Shown here: positions 51,322-62,655 of the stretch, piece by piece
Position numbering within the stretch: the first letter of the stretch is position 1
Layout of the letters: each line of letters starts with the position of its first letter
Source: Chamaesiphon sp.
GTDB taxonomy: Bacteria > Cyanobacteriota > Cyanobacteriia > Cyanobacteriales > Chamaesiphonaceae
Assembly (NCBI GenBank): GCA_965246715.1
Contig: CBDFFH010000012.1
Location: forward strand, 64,001-128,000
Reading direction: 5' to 3'
DNA length: 64,000 nt
Program-made: the position numbers and the translations under genes
The notes under the pieces: model-generated
Seen by the model: only the letters and a program-made list of their open reading frames with translations
What the model was told of the DNA's origin: nothing
Database searches by the model: none

Positions 51322-52153
51322 GCGCGTTAGTTATACCTACAGCGGTAGCCAGCGTCCAGCTATTGTCGATCTCTCGCTCCAAGTTCCCACTGGCAAACGC
51401 TGCGCCCTGATCGGGCAAAATGGTTGTGGGAAAACAACGCTATTTTTACTAGCAAATGGCCTATACAAACCCCAACAGGGCAAGATCTCCTGGCAACAGC
51501 AGCCGTTTAAATACGATCGATCCAACTTGATGAAACTGCGCCAGCAGGTAGGCTTAGTCTTCCAAAATCCCGAACAGCAAATCGTCGCGACGACGGTAGA
51601 AGAAGATATTTCTTACGGCTTATACAATCTTGGGTTACCTACTTCCATTGTGTCCGAACGCGTCCGCCAAGCCCTGCTCGACTTCGATCTGACCGAATTA
51701 GCCCAAACACCCATTCATCACCTCAGTCTGGGGCAAAAAAAGCGGGTGTCGATCGCGGATGTAATGGTACTCCAGCCAGAGTTACTCCTATTAGACGAAC
51801 CCACCGCTTATCTCGATCCGCGTCATACCCGCTTATTGCTCGCTACCTTGCAACAAATTCATGCCAATGGGACGACAATTCTAATGGCGACTCACGATTT
51901 GGATCTCGTCTATCGTTGGGCAGATTGGTTGCTAGTCATGGATCGGGGAAAATTAATCCTGGCTGGTACTCCGGCTGAAATCTTCAGCCAGACCGAAATT
52001 TTATCAGCCTTAGAACTTGATTTACCGATCGCGGTAGATTTATTAGTTGAAATTAAGCTATTAATCGATCGGGATAAATTGCTCGATCGAGATGCGACTC
52101 AGTTAGAGGATCTTTATCAAAAATTGCAAGCAAAGATGCGAACTTTTTCCTGA
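51305..52153 (+). CDS. cbiO: ECF transporter ATPase
   Basis: GQNGCGKTT, FQNPEQQ, LSLGQKKR, LLDEPT. Confidence 0.9.
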   Translation: MLLEFERVSYTYSGSQRPAIVDLSLQVPTGKRCALIGQNGCGKTTLFLLANGLYKPQQGKISWQQQPFKYDRSNLMKLRQQVGLVFQNPEQQIVATTVEEDISYGLYNLGLPTSIVSERVRQALLDFDLTELAQTPIHHLSLGQKKRVSIADVMVLQPELLLLDEPTAYLDPRHTRLLLATLQQIHANGTTILMATHDLDLVYRWADWLLVMDRGKLILAGTPAEIFSQTEILSALELDLPIAVDLLVEIKLLIDRDKLLDRDATQLEDLYQKLQAKMRTFS

Positions 52154-52226
52154 TGTTTTCATGCTAAAAATGTGTGTAAATTGCTAGTGGAGTCGGGTGG
52201 GGTTTCGATCGACTTGCACTAAGGAG

Positions 52227-52501
52227 ACCTCATTTCGGGTTGAGGATGTCCACTTAACCGCTCCTAGCTTCGTTTTGAAACCGCCCCCGAAAAATAAACC
52301 CTAACCCACAGATCGACCTATAGTGCGAAGCTAATGCGAAGCGCGCTCCGCTGCGAACAAACCAATCCTTGTGCAAGGAAGTTTGAGGGGCGGCACCCCG
52401 CTCCTCAACGGGGGGTCTGGGGGAAGCCTCCCCCAGATCCGGGTTCTACAACACCAGTGATTTTTGCAGTACAGATCTCTTGTCTCAACCCGAACTTAAG
52501 T
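52227..52501. mobile_element. Degenerate MITE-like element
   Basis: Imperfect TIRs acctcatttcgggttgag / ctcaacccgaacttaagt resembling the 15.3-kb element ends; GC-rich internal hairpins. Confidence 0.45.
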
Positions 52502-52517
52502 TAAATAACCCAAGTTG

Positions 52518-53327
52518 CTAACCTCGCGAAGCGCCCAATCGCAACCAAGACTGTTTGCGGGGGAGGGGCGCGGCGAGCTGCATCACCCGCTCTAGCAACT
52601 GTGGGACGAGATAATTACCCCAGATGGCTAGATGACTTTGCCAACCGATCGAGATTTCATTGACATCGTGCTCGATCCCTCGGATTAGCGCCTGGGCGAC
52701 GCGTTGGGGCGACATGGGGACTACCCAGCGGAATAACTGCAAATCGCGAACCATGTCGGTATCGGTTAATGTCGGCAATAACACGATCGCGCGGACATTA
52801 TGGCTGGCGAGTTCGCCGCGTAGTGCTTGAGTGAAGCCGACGATCGCAAATTTAGTCGCTGAATAAGTAGACATCGTCGGTGCCGCCACCTTGCCCATCA
52901 AGCTCGCTACATTAACGATCGTCCCTTCGCGTTGGGATACCATCCGCCGGGCGATTAACCGCGTAATTGTATACATCCCAAGTAAGTTGATCGCGATCTC
53001 TTCTTGAACGTGCGGTAACTTGGATTGGAGAAAAGGCGCTTGATAGGCAACTCCCGCACAATTTACCAGGAGGTGAATCTGCCCGTAATCCCGCCATGCT
53101 TGCGAAATTACGACATTGACTCGAACGCGATCGGTTAGATCGACAGCTATGGGGATGACTTCGACACCCATTGCGGCGAGATCGACGGCGACTTCACCCA
53201 ATCGATCGGCATTGCGGGCAACGATTAGCAGGCGCTTGATACCAGCTTTGGCTAGTTCGAAAGCGATCGCTTGTCCGATGCCCCGCGATGCGCCTGTAAC
53301 GAGGGCTGTTTTTCCTGTAATATTCAT
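52518..53327 (-). CDS. Short-chain dehydrogenase/reductase
   Basis: TGASRGIG, NCAG, YSATK; likely ATG at 53327. Confidence 0.92.
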   Translation of the reverse strand: MNITGKTALVTGASRGIGQAIAFELAKAGIKRLLIVARNADRLGEVAVDLAAMGVEVIPIAVDLTDRVRVNVVISQAWRDYGQIHLLVNCAGVAYQAPFLQSKLPHVQEEIAINLLGMYTITRLIARRMVSQREGTIVNVASLMGKVAAPTMSTYSATKFAIVGFTQALRGELASHNVRAIVLLPTLTDTDMVRDLQLFRWVVPMSPQRVAQALIRGIEHDVNEISIGWQSHLAIWGNYLVPQLLERVMQLAAPLPRKQSWLRLGASRG

Positions 53328-54057
53328 CTTTAAAACCTTCAAAGCTAAGGCTCCGCTGTCGCTAATGAATTGGTGTTTCATTAGCTCGCAGCAGTAAACC
53401 GGGGACTGGAATTTAAGTTAAATACTGAGTAGATGTATGGACTGACTGACTGTTTCTGCGATATTACGACAGAAATTGAGGTGCAACGATATTGGGAGCG
53501 AAGCGGCGATCGTCTAAATTCAGCCAGTTGATGGTTATCCGCGAAATGTCCAGCTTGGTGAGGGATTAAACATTCAGTATCTTTCCTCAGTATGAAACGT
53601 TAACTCGAACTGTTGTTTCGTAAGCACACCTTATCAAATAGGTCGAGCAGTTGCAATATTTATTCGCAAACTCTTACTATCGAGACATATCTCTACATGA
53701 TTCTCAGGGATCGCGATCGTAGTTAGTAGTACGCACAGATCCTGCTGTGACAAGAGTTTGCCGAGTCAAATACTACGAACTACCGCACACATTTTATGAG
53801 AAGTGCAAAGTTTAATGAGAACTGGAATACATATAAATGTTGTCTTGAAAGCGACCGAGATCGCTAATTTCTGGTTAAAACAGCGAAATAGTCCTCGATC
53901 GCCAGCGCTCGAGCTAGTCAACCAAATAATACTCAAATTCAAACATCACTCTACTATCTTGGATGAGTATATAACTTCGGCGAATTGCGATTCGCCCAAG
54001 GCTGGCTCAACCAGCGAGTTATGACATCTACAGATATTAAATAACGGAGTAGTTATC

Positions 54058-54291
54058 ATGTCACAATCTCCACAAAATCAGCCACCTGCTGTAATCCCAG
54101 CACCAGCAACAAACGATCCGCCAACTAATCGTCGCAATGATTGGGTTTGGGGATTTTCCGCCCAATCTGAGATTTGGAATAGTCGGTTGGCGATGATTGG
54201 ATTCGTCGCGGTTTTGGCGATCGAATTGTTCTCTGGTGATGGTGTATTACACTTTTGGAACATCCTCAGTCATCCAGAAATATTGCCCTAG
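54058..54291 (+). CDS. hli: High-light-inducible protein (one-helix CAB-like)
   Basis: WGFSAQSEIWNSRLAMIGF motif; GGAG RBS. Confidence 0.88.
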   Translation: MSQSPQNQPPAVIPAPATNDPPTNRRNDWVWGFSAQSEIWNSRLAMIGFVAVLAIELFSGDGVLHFWNILSHPEILP

Positions 54292-54314
54292 CGCGATCGG
54301 GTTAACGCTTTGAC

Positions 54315-54373
54315 GGTACCCACAAGGGGCACCCCTAAACAATCAACCTGTAGGGGTGCCTCTCGTGGGTACC
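54315..54373. repeat. Inverted REP doublet
   Basis: ggtacccacaaggggcaccccta / taggggtgcctctcgtgggtacc. Confidence 0.75.
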
Positions 54374-54855
54374 CTAGATCTCTGGTTAGCATTAGTATTT
54401 TCAAACTGGTGCTCCCATAAATATGAAATCCCCCAATTCGGGAGCTAAGCGCGATCGCCATTCAATCCACTCGATTTTTTCCTAGTAAATGATGATGTCC
54501 GCTGTGATGCTATTTCAGTATCTGCCACCGATCTAGTACCTTGGAAAATATTGACAATCCACGAGAAATATCTAGCTCAGACATAGAAGAGTATATATCC
54601 AAAGAGAGATATTATTGCCGATCGCAATCGTTACAATCGAAGCAATCACTTAATAAATCTTAAACAAGTCTAAAGAATGTCTCGACGAGTGATGCTATGT
54701 TCCGATGCTAGCTACATTGAGAACCCTGCTAAAATCGGTAACTTTAAGCACTAATCTCTCACATCAAATGTTGAAAAAAGTGATTTAATTTACAGTTTTA
54801 GTAGCAAGAGATCGGAACTCGATTGACACGGACTTGTGGCTTTGGGTAGTTACTC

Positions 54856-55659
54856 ATGATAAAAACAACCGCCAAGATCGAACAGTCTAATATCGAACGC
54901 ATCAGTACGCTCAAATATTACAAACAAGGCGCAGTCCAGCCCATAAACAGTTCTTACCTCGACCAGACTGCGGCAAGAATGCTCGAACTCGATCGAGATC
55001 GGGCGATCGGGCAAGAATACACTTTACCGATTCCTTATCTGTGTCAGATTTATCACCTCCTCAATCTCAAGCATTTAGAAGTAGTTCATGGATTCAGTCT
55101 CAATGGTCTGAAAATTAGTAGTATCGATTTATTTGAAACAACAAATACTGGCGGAACGATTAAGTTCAAAACAGTCCTAGTATCTTCGTTAAATTTCTTG
55201 AGAATTTGGCGACAGCCCGTAGTCGATGTCGAGCTAACATTGCTCAATCCTTACACGATCGAGCTAAATGTTGGTATTTACAGAAACAAAAAAATTACGG
55301 TAATGTTCAATGTTTTACCACTGAGTGAAAACGAACACAAACTGTTCATTGACATCTACAGTAGTGTCGGCATTGCCAAGCCCATCTTGCAGGTTCTATT
55401 GCACGTTGCATCTTGTCTGACTGTATTTGAAGATCTCCCCTACCTCCGCAAACTAGCCAAGAAAAATCCACGCCGTCTGCTCAGATCTGCCAAACGTTCA
55501 AAATGCCAAACCATGCAGCTATTCAATCGATTTGTCGATTTGTATGCAGCTAAGTCAGAGCAACTACCATTGATGAATGCGATCGCGCTCAAACCTGGGT
55601 TGTCAGCTCTCCACAATCTAGCCGATAGCAATAGCTCGACCGCTCCTCAACCTGCATAA
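54856..55659 (+). CDS. Hypothetical protein
   Basis: 267-aa ORF 25 nt upstream of ftsH. Confidence 0.7.
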   Translation: MIKTTAKIEQSNIERISTLKYYKQGAVQPINSSYLDQTAARMLELDRDRAIGQEYTLPIPYLCQIYHLLNLKHLEVVHGFSLNGLKISSIDLFETTNTGGTIKFKTVLVSSLNFLRIWRQPVVDVELTLLNPYTIELNVGIYRNKKITVMFNVLPLSENEHKLFIDIYSSVGIAKPILQVLLHVASCLTVFEDLPYLRKLAKKNPRRLLRSAKRSKCQTMQLFNRFVDLYAAKSEQLPLMNAIALKPGLSALHNLADSNSSTAPQPA

Positions 55660-55684
55660 ATTTTAGTAAAAATAACCGCTCGTT

Positions 55685-57565
55685 ATGCCCATCAAAGAAC
55701 AACCTACACCCCCACGTTCCCCACTAATTAATAGCATCGTGCTATCGATCGGTACGCTATTCCTGATTGCTAGCTTAGTCTTGCCAAACGGCTTGGGGCA
55801 ACAGACTTCAGCAGTACCCTACAGTCTGTTCGTGCATCAGATCGAGCAAGGGCAAGTTCAGCGCGTGCAGATCGGCCAAAATCAGATTCGGTTTCAATTA
55901 AAACCAGTTGAGGGTAAAGAACCGCAGATTTTTACCACCACACCAATCTTCGATCTAAACTTGCCCAAGTTACTCGAAGACAAAGGGGTGGAATTTGCCG
56001 CCGAGCCACCGCCAACTAATGGCTGGATCGGTAATGTTTTGAGCTGGGTCGTACCACCGCTGATCTTTGTCGCCATCTGGCAATTTTTTATCCGCCGTGC
56101 GGGTGGTGGCGGTCAGGGAGTACTATCGATCGGTAAAAGCAAAGCCAAAATTTATGTTGAGGGCGAAGCTGGCAAAACCACCTTTGCTGATGTGGCTGGA
56201 GTTGAGGAAGCCAAAGCTGAGTTAGTCGAAATTGTCGAATTTCTCAAGACCCCCGGACGCTACATTGAGATCGGCGCGCGTATTCCTAAGGGTGTGTTAT
56301 TAGTCGGCCCACCAGGAACTGGGAAAACGTTGCTAGCCAAAGCAGTTGCTGGGGAAGCGGGCGTGCCCTTCTTTAGTATTTCCGGTTCGGAATTTGTCGA
56401 AATGTTCGTCGGCGTTGGTTCTTCCCGCGTGCGCGACTTGTTCGAGCAAGCCAAAAAACAAGCTCCTTGTATCGTCTTTATCGATGAGCTAGATGCGATC
56501 GGTAAATCGCGCAGCAGTGGTGGTTTCTACGGCGGCAATGACGAGCGGGAACAGACACTCAACCAGTTGCTGGCGGAAATGGATGGATTTGCCCCTGGCA
56601 CCGATACTGTCATCGTCCTAGCCGCCACCAACCGTCCTGAAATCCTCGATCCGGCGCTCTTACGTCCCGGTCGCTTCGATCGACAAGTATTAGTCGATCG
56701 GCCTGACAAAGCTGGCCGCGAAGCAATTCTTAAGATCCACTCCCAAAAAGTGAAGCTAGGTGCAGATGTAGATCTCAAAGCGATCGCCACCCGTACGCCG
56801 GGTTTTGCTGGGGCAGAACTAGCAAATCTCGTTAACGAAGCGGCATTATTAGCGGCGCGCGATCGACGGGAAACGGTAGCACAGGCAGACTTTGCTGAAG
56901 CGATCGAGCGAGTAGTCGCTGGGTTGGAGAAGAAAAGTCGCGTCCTCAATGAGAAGGAAAAGAAAATCGTCGCCTATCATGAAGTCGGTCATGCGCTCGT
57001 TGGCTCCCTGATGCCTGGAAGCGATCGCGTTGAAAAAATCTCGATCGTCTCGCGTGGGATGGCAGCGCTGGGTTACACGCTACAACTCCCGACCGAAGAT
57101 CGGTTCTTGCGGGATGAAACCGAACTACGCGGTCAAATTGCGACTCTGCTCGGGGGTCGATCGGCAGAAGAAATCGTCTTTGGTAATATCACCACTGGCG
57201 CAGCCAACGATCTTCAACGCGCTACCGATCTCGCCGAGCAAATGGTAACTACATTTGGCATGAGTAAGGTCTTGGGGCCATTGGCATATCAACAAGGACA
57301 GCAAGCTAATTTCCTGAATGATGGCACCCCCAATCCGCGCCGCGTACTAAGCGAAGAGACAGCACAAGCGATCGATCGCGAAGTCAAAGAAATTATCGAA
57401 ACCGCACACCAGCAAGCCTTGGATACGATCGGCCGCAACCGCGATCTCCTCGAAACCATCACCGCGCAACTCTTGGAAACCGAGACGATCGAAGGCGAGA
57501 AGTTATATGCTCTCCTCAGTCAAGCACATTCAGATCCGCTAGTGCATTCAGAGCTAAAGGTATAA
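55685..57565 (+). CDS. ftsH: ATP-dependent zinc metalloprotease FtsH
   Basis: [31 protein letters not shown]. Confidence 0.97.
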   Translation: MPIKEQPTPPRSPLINSIVLSIGTLFLIASLVLPNGLGQQTSAVPYSLFVHQIEQGQVQRVQIGQNQIRFQLKPVEGKEPQIFTTTPIFDLNLPKLLEDKGVEFAAEPPPTNGWIGNVLSWVVPPLIFVAIWQFFIRRAGGGGQGVLSIGKSKAKIYVEGEAGKTTFADVAGVEEAKAELVEIVEFLKTPGRYIEIGARIPKGVLLVGPPGTGKTLLAKAVAGEAGVPFFSISGSEFVEMFVGVGSSRVRDLFEQAKKQAPCIVFIDELDAIGKSRSSGGFYGGNDEREQTLNQLLAEMDGFAPGTDTVIVLAATNRPEILDPALLRPGRFDRQVLVDRPDKAGREAILKIHSQKVKLGADVDLKAIATRTPGFAGAELANLVNEAALLAARDRRETVAQADFAEAIERVVAGLEKKSRVLNEKEKKIVAYHEVGHALVGSLMPGSDRVEKISIVSRGMAALGYTLQLPTEDRFLRDETELRGQIATLLGGRSAEEIVFGNITTGAANDLQRATDLAEQMVTTFGMSKVLGPLAYQQGQQANFLNDGTPNPRRVLSEETAQAIDREVKEIIETAHQQALDTIGRNRDLLETITAQLLETETIEGEKLYALLSQAHSDPLVHSELKV

Positions 57566-57587
57566 CAATTATTTTCGATCCTAAAAC

Positions 57588-57621
57588 ATATCCCCGACTT
57601 CTTCGAGAAGTCGGGGATATT
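57588..57621. repeat. REP-like palindrome, copy 2
   Basis: Identical to 48992-49025. Confidence 0.85.
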
Positions 57622-58122
57622 GCGATAAAGTGTGGTGGCAAAAGCAGTAAATCGTAGTATCGATCGATTAGCGATTTCGAGTGCCGATCGGCCATCGAGT
57701 CATGAATTTATAGCTGCTTAATCATCAAGTGTTTGATGACATTTTCTTTAATCGCCAACTGTCTCAGCAAAGCCAATAGGCATTCTTGGGTCTGTTCGTA
57801 GTTCAATTCTTTGACTTGTTCTGCTTGAATCTTTAAACTAAATTCTTGCTCGATGGTCAATTCAATTGGAATTTCCATTTATTGTGCTGGGTATTTAGGA
57901 AGCAACGATCCGACTATGTAAATAAATATAACGTATTTTTGACAAAGTGTCGATCTTGAATGTCACTATTTGCTCGATCGAGAGGGTGTCCCGACCGAGC
58001 GAAATTGTTAAAATAAGTAAGATCGTCAAGCAATCGCACCAAATGCTAGGGCTAGCTGCGATCTGGATCGATCGAGTATTGTCGCAGTGAGTGACATCGA
58101 TCGTTGTTTTTGAGTTAATTAG

Positions 58123-58740
58123 GTGAATCCGCAGATGATGGACGTAATGGAATTTTTTCAGCATAGTGCTGGTAGATGGCGATCGAAACGGACGACTCAT
58201 CATCTGGCATTTAGAAGATCTGAGATGGGCGAATCTGAGATTGAAGTCAAAGCACTCGATGCTAAGGATCCACAGGTAATCGCGCTGTGTGAGTTGCATC
58301 AGGTCGATCCTAACTTAGCTGTCGGCGGTTGCTACGTCACTTGGGCAGCGTCGATGGGTTGGGATCAAGAAGGTGAAAACCATGAGGGTCAGACGGTATT
58401 TGCCCTCGTCCCTGATGCTGACAACCCGCGCAACGGACAGTTATTACGCGATCGTGGTTATGCCGAAATCGTGGCGGTCAACGGGCACTATCATATGGAT
58501 GAAGATGGTGGATTGGTGCTGACGACTGATTATGACATCATGAGTTCGGTGGAGCGGTTCTGGTTCCCGAGTCCGAATGTTCGCGTTCGCAGTAGTACGG
58601 TGAAGCGGATGGGGGGATTTAGTACGGCGACTTTTTGTACCGAAACTCGCGTTGGTGCCGATGAGTTGGCGACACCACAACCAGAAATTGCCACAGCACA
58701 ACTAGATGCCAAGGCGTTGGTTTCCCCGCTTGGTTGGTAA
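58123..58740 (+). CDS. cpcS: Phycobiliprotein lyase, CpcS/CpeS family
   Basis: EFFQHSAGRWRSKRTTHHLAF, LLRDRGYAE, ERFWF, FCTETR. Confidence 0.92.
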   Translation: MNPQMMDVMEFFQHSAGRWRSKRTTHHLAFRRSEMGESEIEVKALDAKDPQVIALCELHQVDPNLAVGGCYVTWAASMGWDQEGENHEGQTVFALVPDADNPRNGQLLRDRGYAEIVAVNGHYHMDEDGGLVLTTDYDIMSSVERFWFPSPNVRVRSSTVKRMGGFSTATFCTETRVGADELATPQPEIATAQLDAKALVSPLGW

Positions 58741-58825
58741 TCGACAACCGCTAGCTTATCAGCAAGGGGTGGAGTATTTAGCCAAAATTTCAACATTTTT
58801 GCCAGATCGCCGATCGATCGATGTG

Positions 58826-59287
58826 ATGTCCAATCTCCGCGATCGCGAGTCGATCTGTATCTGGATTGGCAACTCGATCGAGACGGTAAATTTCCAACTT
58901 CAGGCTCATCTAAACGCCTGTGCTGAGTGCTTTATGCCACTCGATCGGCGATCGATTCAGATCTTCGCCGTACCACTTGCTGCGTCCATGCAGCTCGATG
59001 GTTTTTGCAATATCGAGATCGTGCCAGTGACGATTTTAGTCGATGTCGGTCGGGTCGCACCAGCGGATTGGCTGGCGCTAGTAGCGCATGAGTACGCCCA
59101 CGCGCATCTGGGTATTGCCGGACACGATCGATCGTATGCCCAGATCCTCAATCATCTCTGTCTGGGATTGGGACTCGCACAGCCACTACCCCGAGCTGAA
59201 GCAGATTTATTATTTTGGCCACCTTACTCACCACAGCTAGATCCCCTTGCATTATGGCGTGGTGAAGCGCTCTTCGATCGGTCATAA
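58826..59287 (+). CDS. Hypothetical HEXXH (SprT-like) metalloprotein
   Basis: AHEYAHAH..GHD; start placed at ATG 58826, uncertain. Confidence 0.65.
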   Translation: MSNLRDRESICIWIGNSIETVNFQLQAHLNACAECFMPLDRRSIQIFAVPLAASMQLDGFCNIEIVPVTILVDVGRVAPADWLALVAHEYAHAHLGIAGHDRSYAQILNHLCLGLGLAQPLPRAEADLLFWPPYSPQLDPLALWRGEALFDRS

Positions 59288-59425
59288 TTGCAGAGAGCGC
59301 GATCTCTACAAGCTCGATTTCGCCAACAGTGAGTTTACCAACCTTAAAGGTTGATACCCAAAAATAGAAGCGTGGAATCGAAATTAATTCCACGCTCCTA
59401 ATAACTAACTCTCCGAGATTAACTC

Positions 59426-59725
59426 TTAGTAAAGTTGCTCTTCTTGGTGAGTGACGACCGTACAGTCAGACTTAGGATAAGCAACACAAGTCAGGACGTA
59501 ACCTGCTTCGATTTGGTCATCGTCCAAGAAGGACTGATCGGATTGGTCGATTTCGCCAGCAGTGACTTTACCAGCACAAGTAGAACAAGCACCAGCGCGG
59601 CAAGAATAAGGTAAGTCAATGCCTTGTTCTTCGGCTGCGTCTAAAATGTAGGTATCGTCAGCTACATCGATAACTTTATTTAGACCTTCAGCTTCGTTGA
59701 TTAATGTAACTTTAAAAGTTGCCAT
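59426..59725 (-). CDS. petF: Plant-type ferredoxin I
   Basis: [37 protein letters not shown]. Confidence 0.97.
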   Translation of the reverse strand: MATFKVTLINEAEGLNKVIDVADDTYILDAAEEQGIDLPYSCRAGACSTCAGKVTAGEIDQSDQSFLDDDQIEAGYVLTCVAYPKSDCTVVTHQEEQLY

Positions 59726-60157
59726 GTCAGATTGATTCCTCTCTATTTCGATTAAAAATGGCGGATACAGATAGATTGCCTGCAATCGTGCGAGATCGTC
59801 GCCAGCCTAGATTTGTCGGCAACCGCCATTCGCAGGATCGTCCAGCTCATAGCAGTATTTTCCATCTCTATTTGAATACTAAGGGAAAACCTCACCATCT
59901 GTATCCGTAAGTCCATTTAAAGTCGAACGGTATTCGTAATCAAATTACGGTAATTCATCCTAATTACTTATATTTCAGGAATCAGGGGATAGGGGAATGG
60001 GGTTAGGGGTGAGGGCTTAGGGGTTGGGGAATAGTGGCTCTATTTGGGTAGAAACAAGTGCCCGAGCAGGAGACAACCGCTCGAACGCGTGAATGGTGGA
60101 TGAATTAAGCAGTTATAATACTTATCGCCATCATCACTTCATCCTATTTAACAGCTC

Positions 60158-61174
60158 ATGTCTGAAATCACTAATTACGGCGAAATAACTCTTCCCCTAA
60201 GAGTTGGATTGGTAGGCACCGGATTTGTCGCCAAATTACGCGCACAAACGATCGCCGCCGAAGCTCGCACTCAATTAGTGGCTGTAACTGGGCGAAATGC
60301 CAGCCGGACGGCTGAATTTGCCGCTAGTGTCGATATGCAAGCTGTTGCTGATTGGCAGACATTGGTGGCGATGCCAGACATCGATGCGATCGTCGTTTCG
60401 ACGATCAATGGCGGTCGCGGAGGCATCGTGCGCGCGGCGATCGCTGCCGGAAAACATACAATTGTCGAGTATCCAATTTCGCTCGATCCGCAAGAAGCTG
60501 CCGAAATTATCGATTTGGCAGCAGCGAAAAAAGTCTTATTGCATGTCGAGCATATCGAACTCTTAGGCGGCTTGCATCAAACGATGCGTGAATGGTTGGT
60601 GCGGCTGGGAGCGATTCATTATGCCCGCTACAGCACGATCGTCCCCCAACGTCCCGCACCTCAAAAATGGACTTTCGATCGGGTTGAGTTTGGATTTCCC
60701 CTCAGTGGGGCACTTTCTCGCTTGCATCGCTTCACGGATTTATTTGGCGCGATCGAGAGCGTCGATTGTCACAATCAATATTGGGGTGGTGTGGGTAATT
60801 ATTTTCAGACTTGTTTATGCACGGCGCAATTACGCTTTAAAAATACTACCGCGATCGGCGAAGTTGTCTACGGTAAGGGAGAAGGATTGTGGGAAAGTTC
60901 CCGCAAGTTTGAAGTCCACGGCGAAAATGGCGCGTTAATCTTTGATGGCGATGCTGGGGTATTCTTGCAAGCCGATAGTTCCACCCCGATCGATCTCGGT
61001 TCGCGCCGAGGGTTATTTGCCAAGGATTTAGAAATAGTGCTCGACCATTTACTAGAAGGTAAACCAAATTATGTGACTCCTGCGGCTAGTCTCGCGACAC
61101 TGCGCGTAGCCGATGCCGCGCGGATCTCCGCCGAAACGCGGCGGACGGCACTCGTGAGAAGTGCCAACGATTGA
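60158..61174 (+). CDS. bvdR: Gfo/Idh/MocA oxidoreductase, biliverdin reductase-like
   Basis: VGLVGTG, VEYP, HVEHIELLGGLH, FGFPLSGALSRLHR. Confidence 0.75.
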   Translation: MSEITNYGEITLPLRVGLVGTGFVAKLRAQTIAAEARTQLVAVTGRNASRTAEFAASVDMQAVADWQTLVAMPDIDAIVVSTINGGRGGIVRAAIAAGKHTIVEYPISLDPQEAAEIIDLAAAKKVLLHVEHIELLGGLHQTMREWLVRLGAIHYARYSTIVPQRPAPQKWTFDRVEFGFPLSGALSRLHRFTDLFGAIESVDCHNQYWGGVGNYFQTCLCTAQLRFKNTTAIGEVVYGKGEGLWESSRKFEVHGENGALIFDGDAGVFLQADSSTPIDLGSRRGLFAKDLEIVLDHLLEGKPNYVTPAASLATLRVADAARISAETRRTALVRSAND

Positions 61175-61596
61175 AACTGCTCAGAGCTTAGAGATCGGGG
61201 TTAGGTAAATTAACAACAATCTACCCGCGTTAGTCAATGATCTAACGGTTCCCAATTGAATGAGGTATATTCACTAGCCACTAGCCACTAGTCACTAAAA
61301 CTCTTAATAATGCCCTTCACTAGGATGAGAAATGTTAACTTGTAGGGCTGTATTTTATATTCGCCCACCAAGAGTTACGTTGCTCATTTAGGATCGCGAT
61401 AAGAGTACCTAAATTGGGACAGTTAGCCAGTTGTCGATCTCAGTCTAAGGATAGATTTGGAAATCGATTGGTAGGGTTATTCTAGGACAAGAGCTTCGGA
61501 TCGAGATCGATCGCTACGAGAACATCCTTAGCTCGACGATCGCTTTATTGAGATAGATATTGGCGATGGAAGAATAGCAGTATCTAGGAACTAATT

Positions 61597-62364
61597 ATGT
61601 CTAAACCAATCAAAGAACATCTTACCGAAAATATCGATAAAGCCAAGGGCGAAGGTAAGCTACGATCGGAAAATATTCGCGGGATCGTTGCTGATGCTGC
61701 TTCTCTAACCGCATCAGAGATTAAAGAAGGTGCCGAGCGGATGCGCACGATCGTCAAAGACGCGATTACCTCAGCGCTTGCTGATGTCAAAGATACGACT
61801 AGCGAAATTCCTGAAAAAGTGACGCACTCGATCGAAAATGCGATCGAAGAAAGCACTCGCTACCGCAAAGAAGCAATTGCCAGTCTTCAGGCCAAGATGC
61901 AGGAGATTCAAGCTCAAATTGATGAGCGACAACGACAGTTGGATATGGATATCGAAGATACGATCGTCGATGTCAAAGCTACTGAAGTTGATGACTCTAG
62001 CAAGCTAAATGACGCGATCGACAAAGCTGTAAATAATGTCAAAGAGCGCGAAGAAACGACTTCGCTCAAACAGCAATACCTCACGCTAAAATTTCAGTTA
62101 GCTAATTTGGATGCTAAGTTAGCTGAGCGTTATGGCAGTCGCTACAGCGAAGTCAAGCAACAATTGGAAAATGTCAAAACGTTGTATGACAAAGCCAAGG
62201 CCGAAGCTGAAGCTAGTGGTGTTACCCCCATCCAGTCCAAGCAAACAGAAATCGAACGCAAACTGAGTAGATTTGCTTCTGCCGCAGTAATTGCCGAACA
62301 CGAAATCGTTAAATATTTACAGGAAATCTGGAAAAACAAAGGTTTTGATTCTAAACACAAGTAA
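61597..62364 (+). CDS. Hypothetical helical/coiled-coil protein
   Basis: 255-aa charged helical ORF with AGGA RBS. Confidence 0.75.
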   Translation: MSKPIKEHLTENIDKAKGEGKLRSENIRGIVADAASLTASEIKEGAERMRTIVKDAITSALADVKDTTSEIPEKVTHSIENAIEESTRYRKEAIASLQAKMQEIQAQIDERQRQLDMDIEDTIVDVKATEVDDSSKLNDAIDKAVNNVKEREETTSLKQQYLTLKFQLANLDAKLAERYGSRYSEVKQQLENVKTLYDKAKAEAEASGVTPIQSKQTEIERKLSRFASAAVIAEHEIVKYLQEIWKNKGFDSKHK

Positions 62365-62425
62365 TCGACCATCTGGCCGCGATCGACTTTCATTTTCACA
62401 GTTTATTTAGCAACCAACCTACATC

Positions 62426-62599
62426 ATGAACTTAACTAAACTTCTGCTCGGAATTTTAATTCCTCCCCTCGGTGTATTCTTGACTTATGGCATCGGCCCA
62501 ACATTTCTCATTAATGTCGGACTGACTTTTTTAGGCTGGATTCCTGGTAGTATCCATGCTGTTTGGGCGATCTCCAAAGCTGAAGAACAAGCAGGCTAA
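62426..62599 (+). CDS. YqaE/Pmp3 family small membrane protein (absent from ORF track)
   Basis: 57 aa MNLTKLLLGILIPPLGVFLTYG..INVGLTFLGWIPGSIHAVW. Confidence 0.9.
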   Translation: MNLTKLLLGILIPPLGVFLTYGIGPTFLINVGLTFLGWIPGSIHAVWAISKAEEQAG

Positions 62600-62655
62600 T
62601 GGCCATTCCCAATCCATGGTAAGCAGCTCTTTTTATTAGTACAAGGAAGGATAAT

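Noticed and set aside
53803..54024. 73-aa ORF upstream of hli
   Set aside because: No motif or RBS; likely promoter region
57895..58299. 134-aa minus-strand ORF and similar antisense ORFs across the window
   Set aside because: Shadow ORFs overlapping well-supported genes on the other strand
59985..60035. G-rich tract as a G-quadruplex or ncRNA
   Set aside because: Fits ordinary ~7-bp cyanobacterial short tandem repeats, like those near 41436, 46549 and 61272
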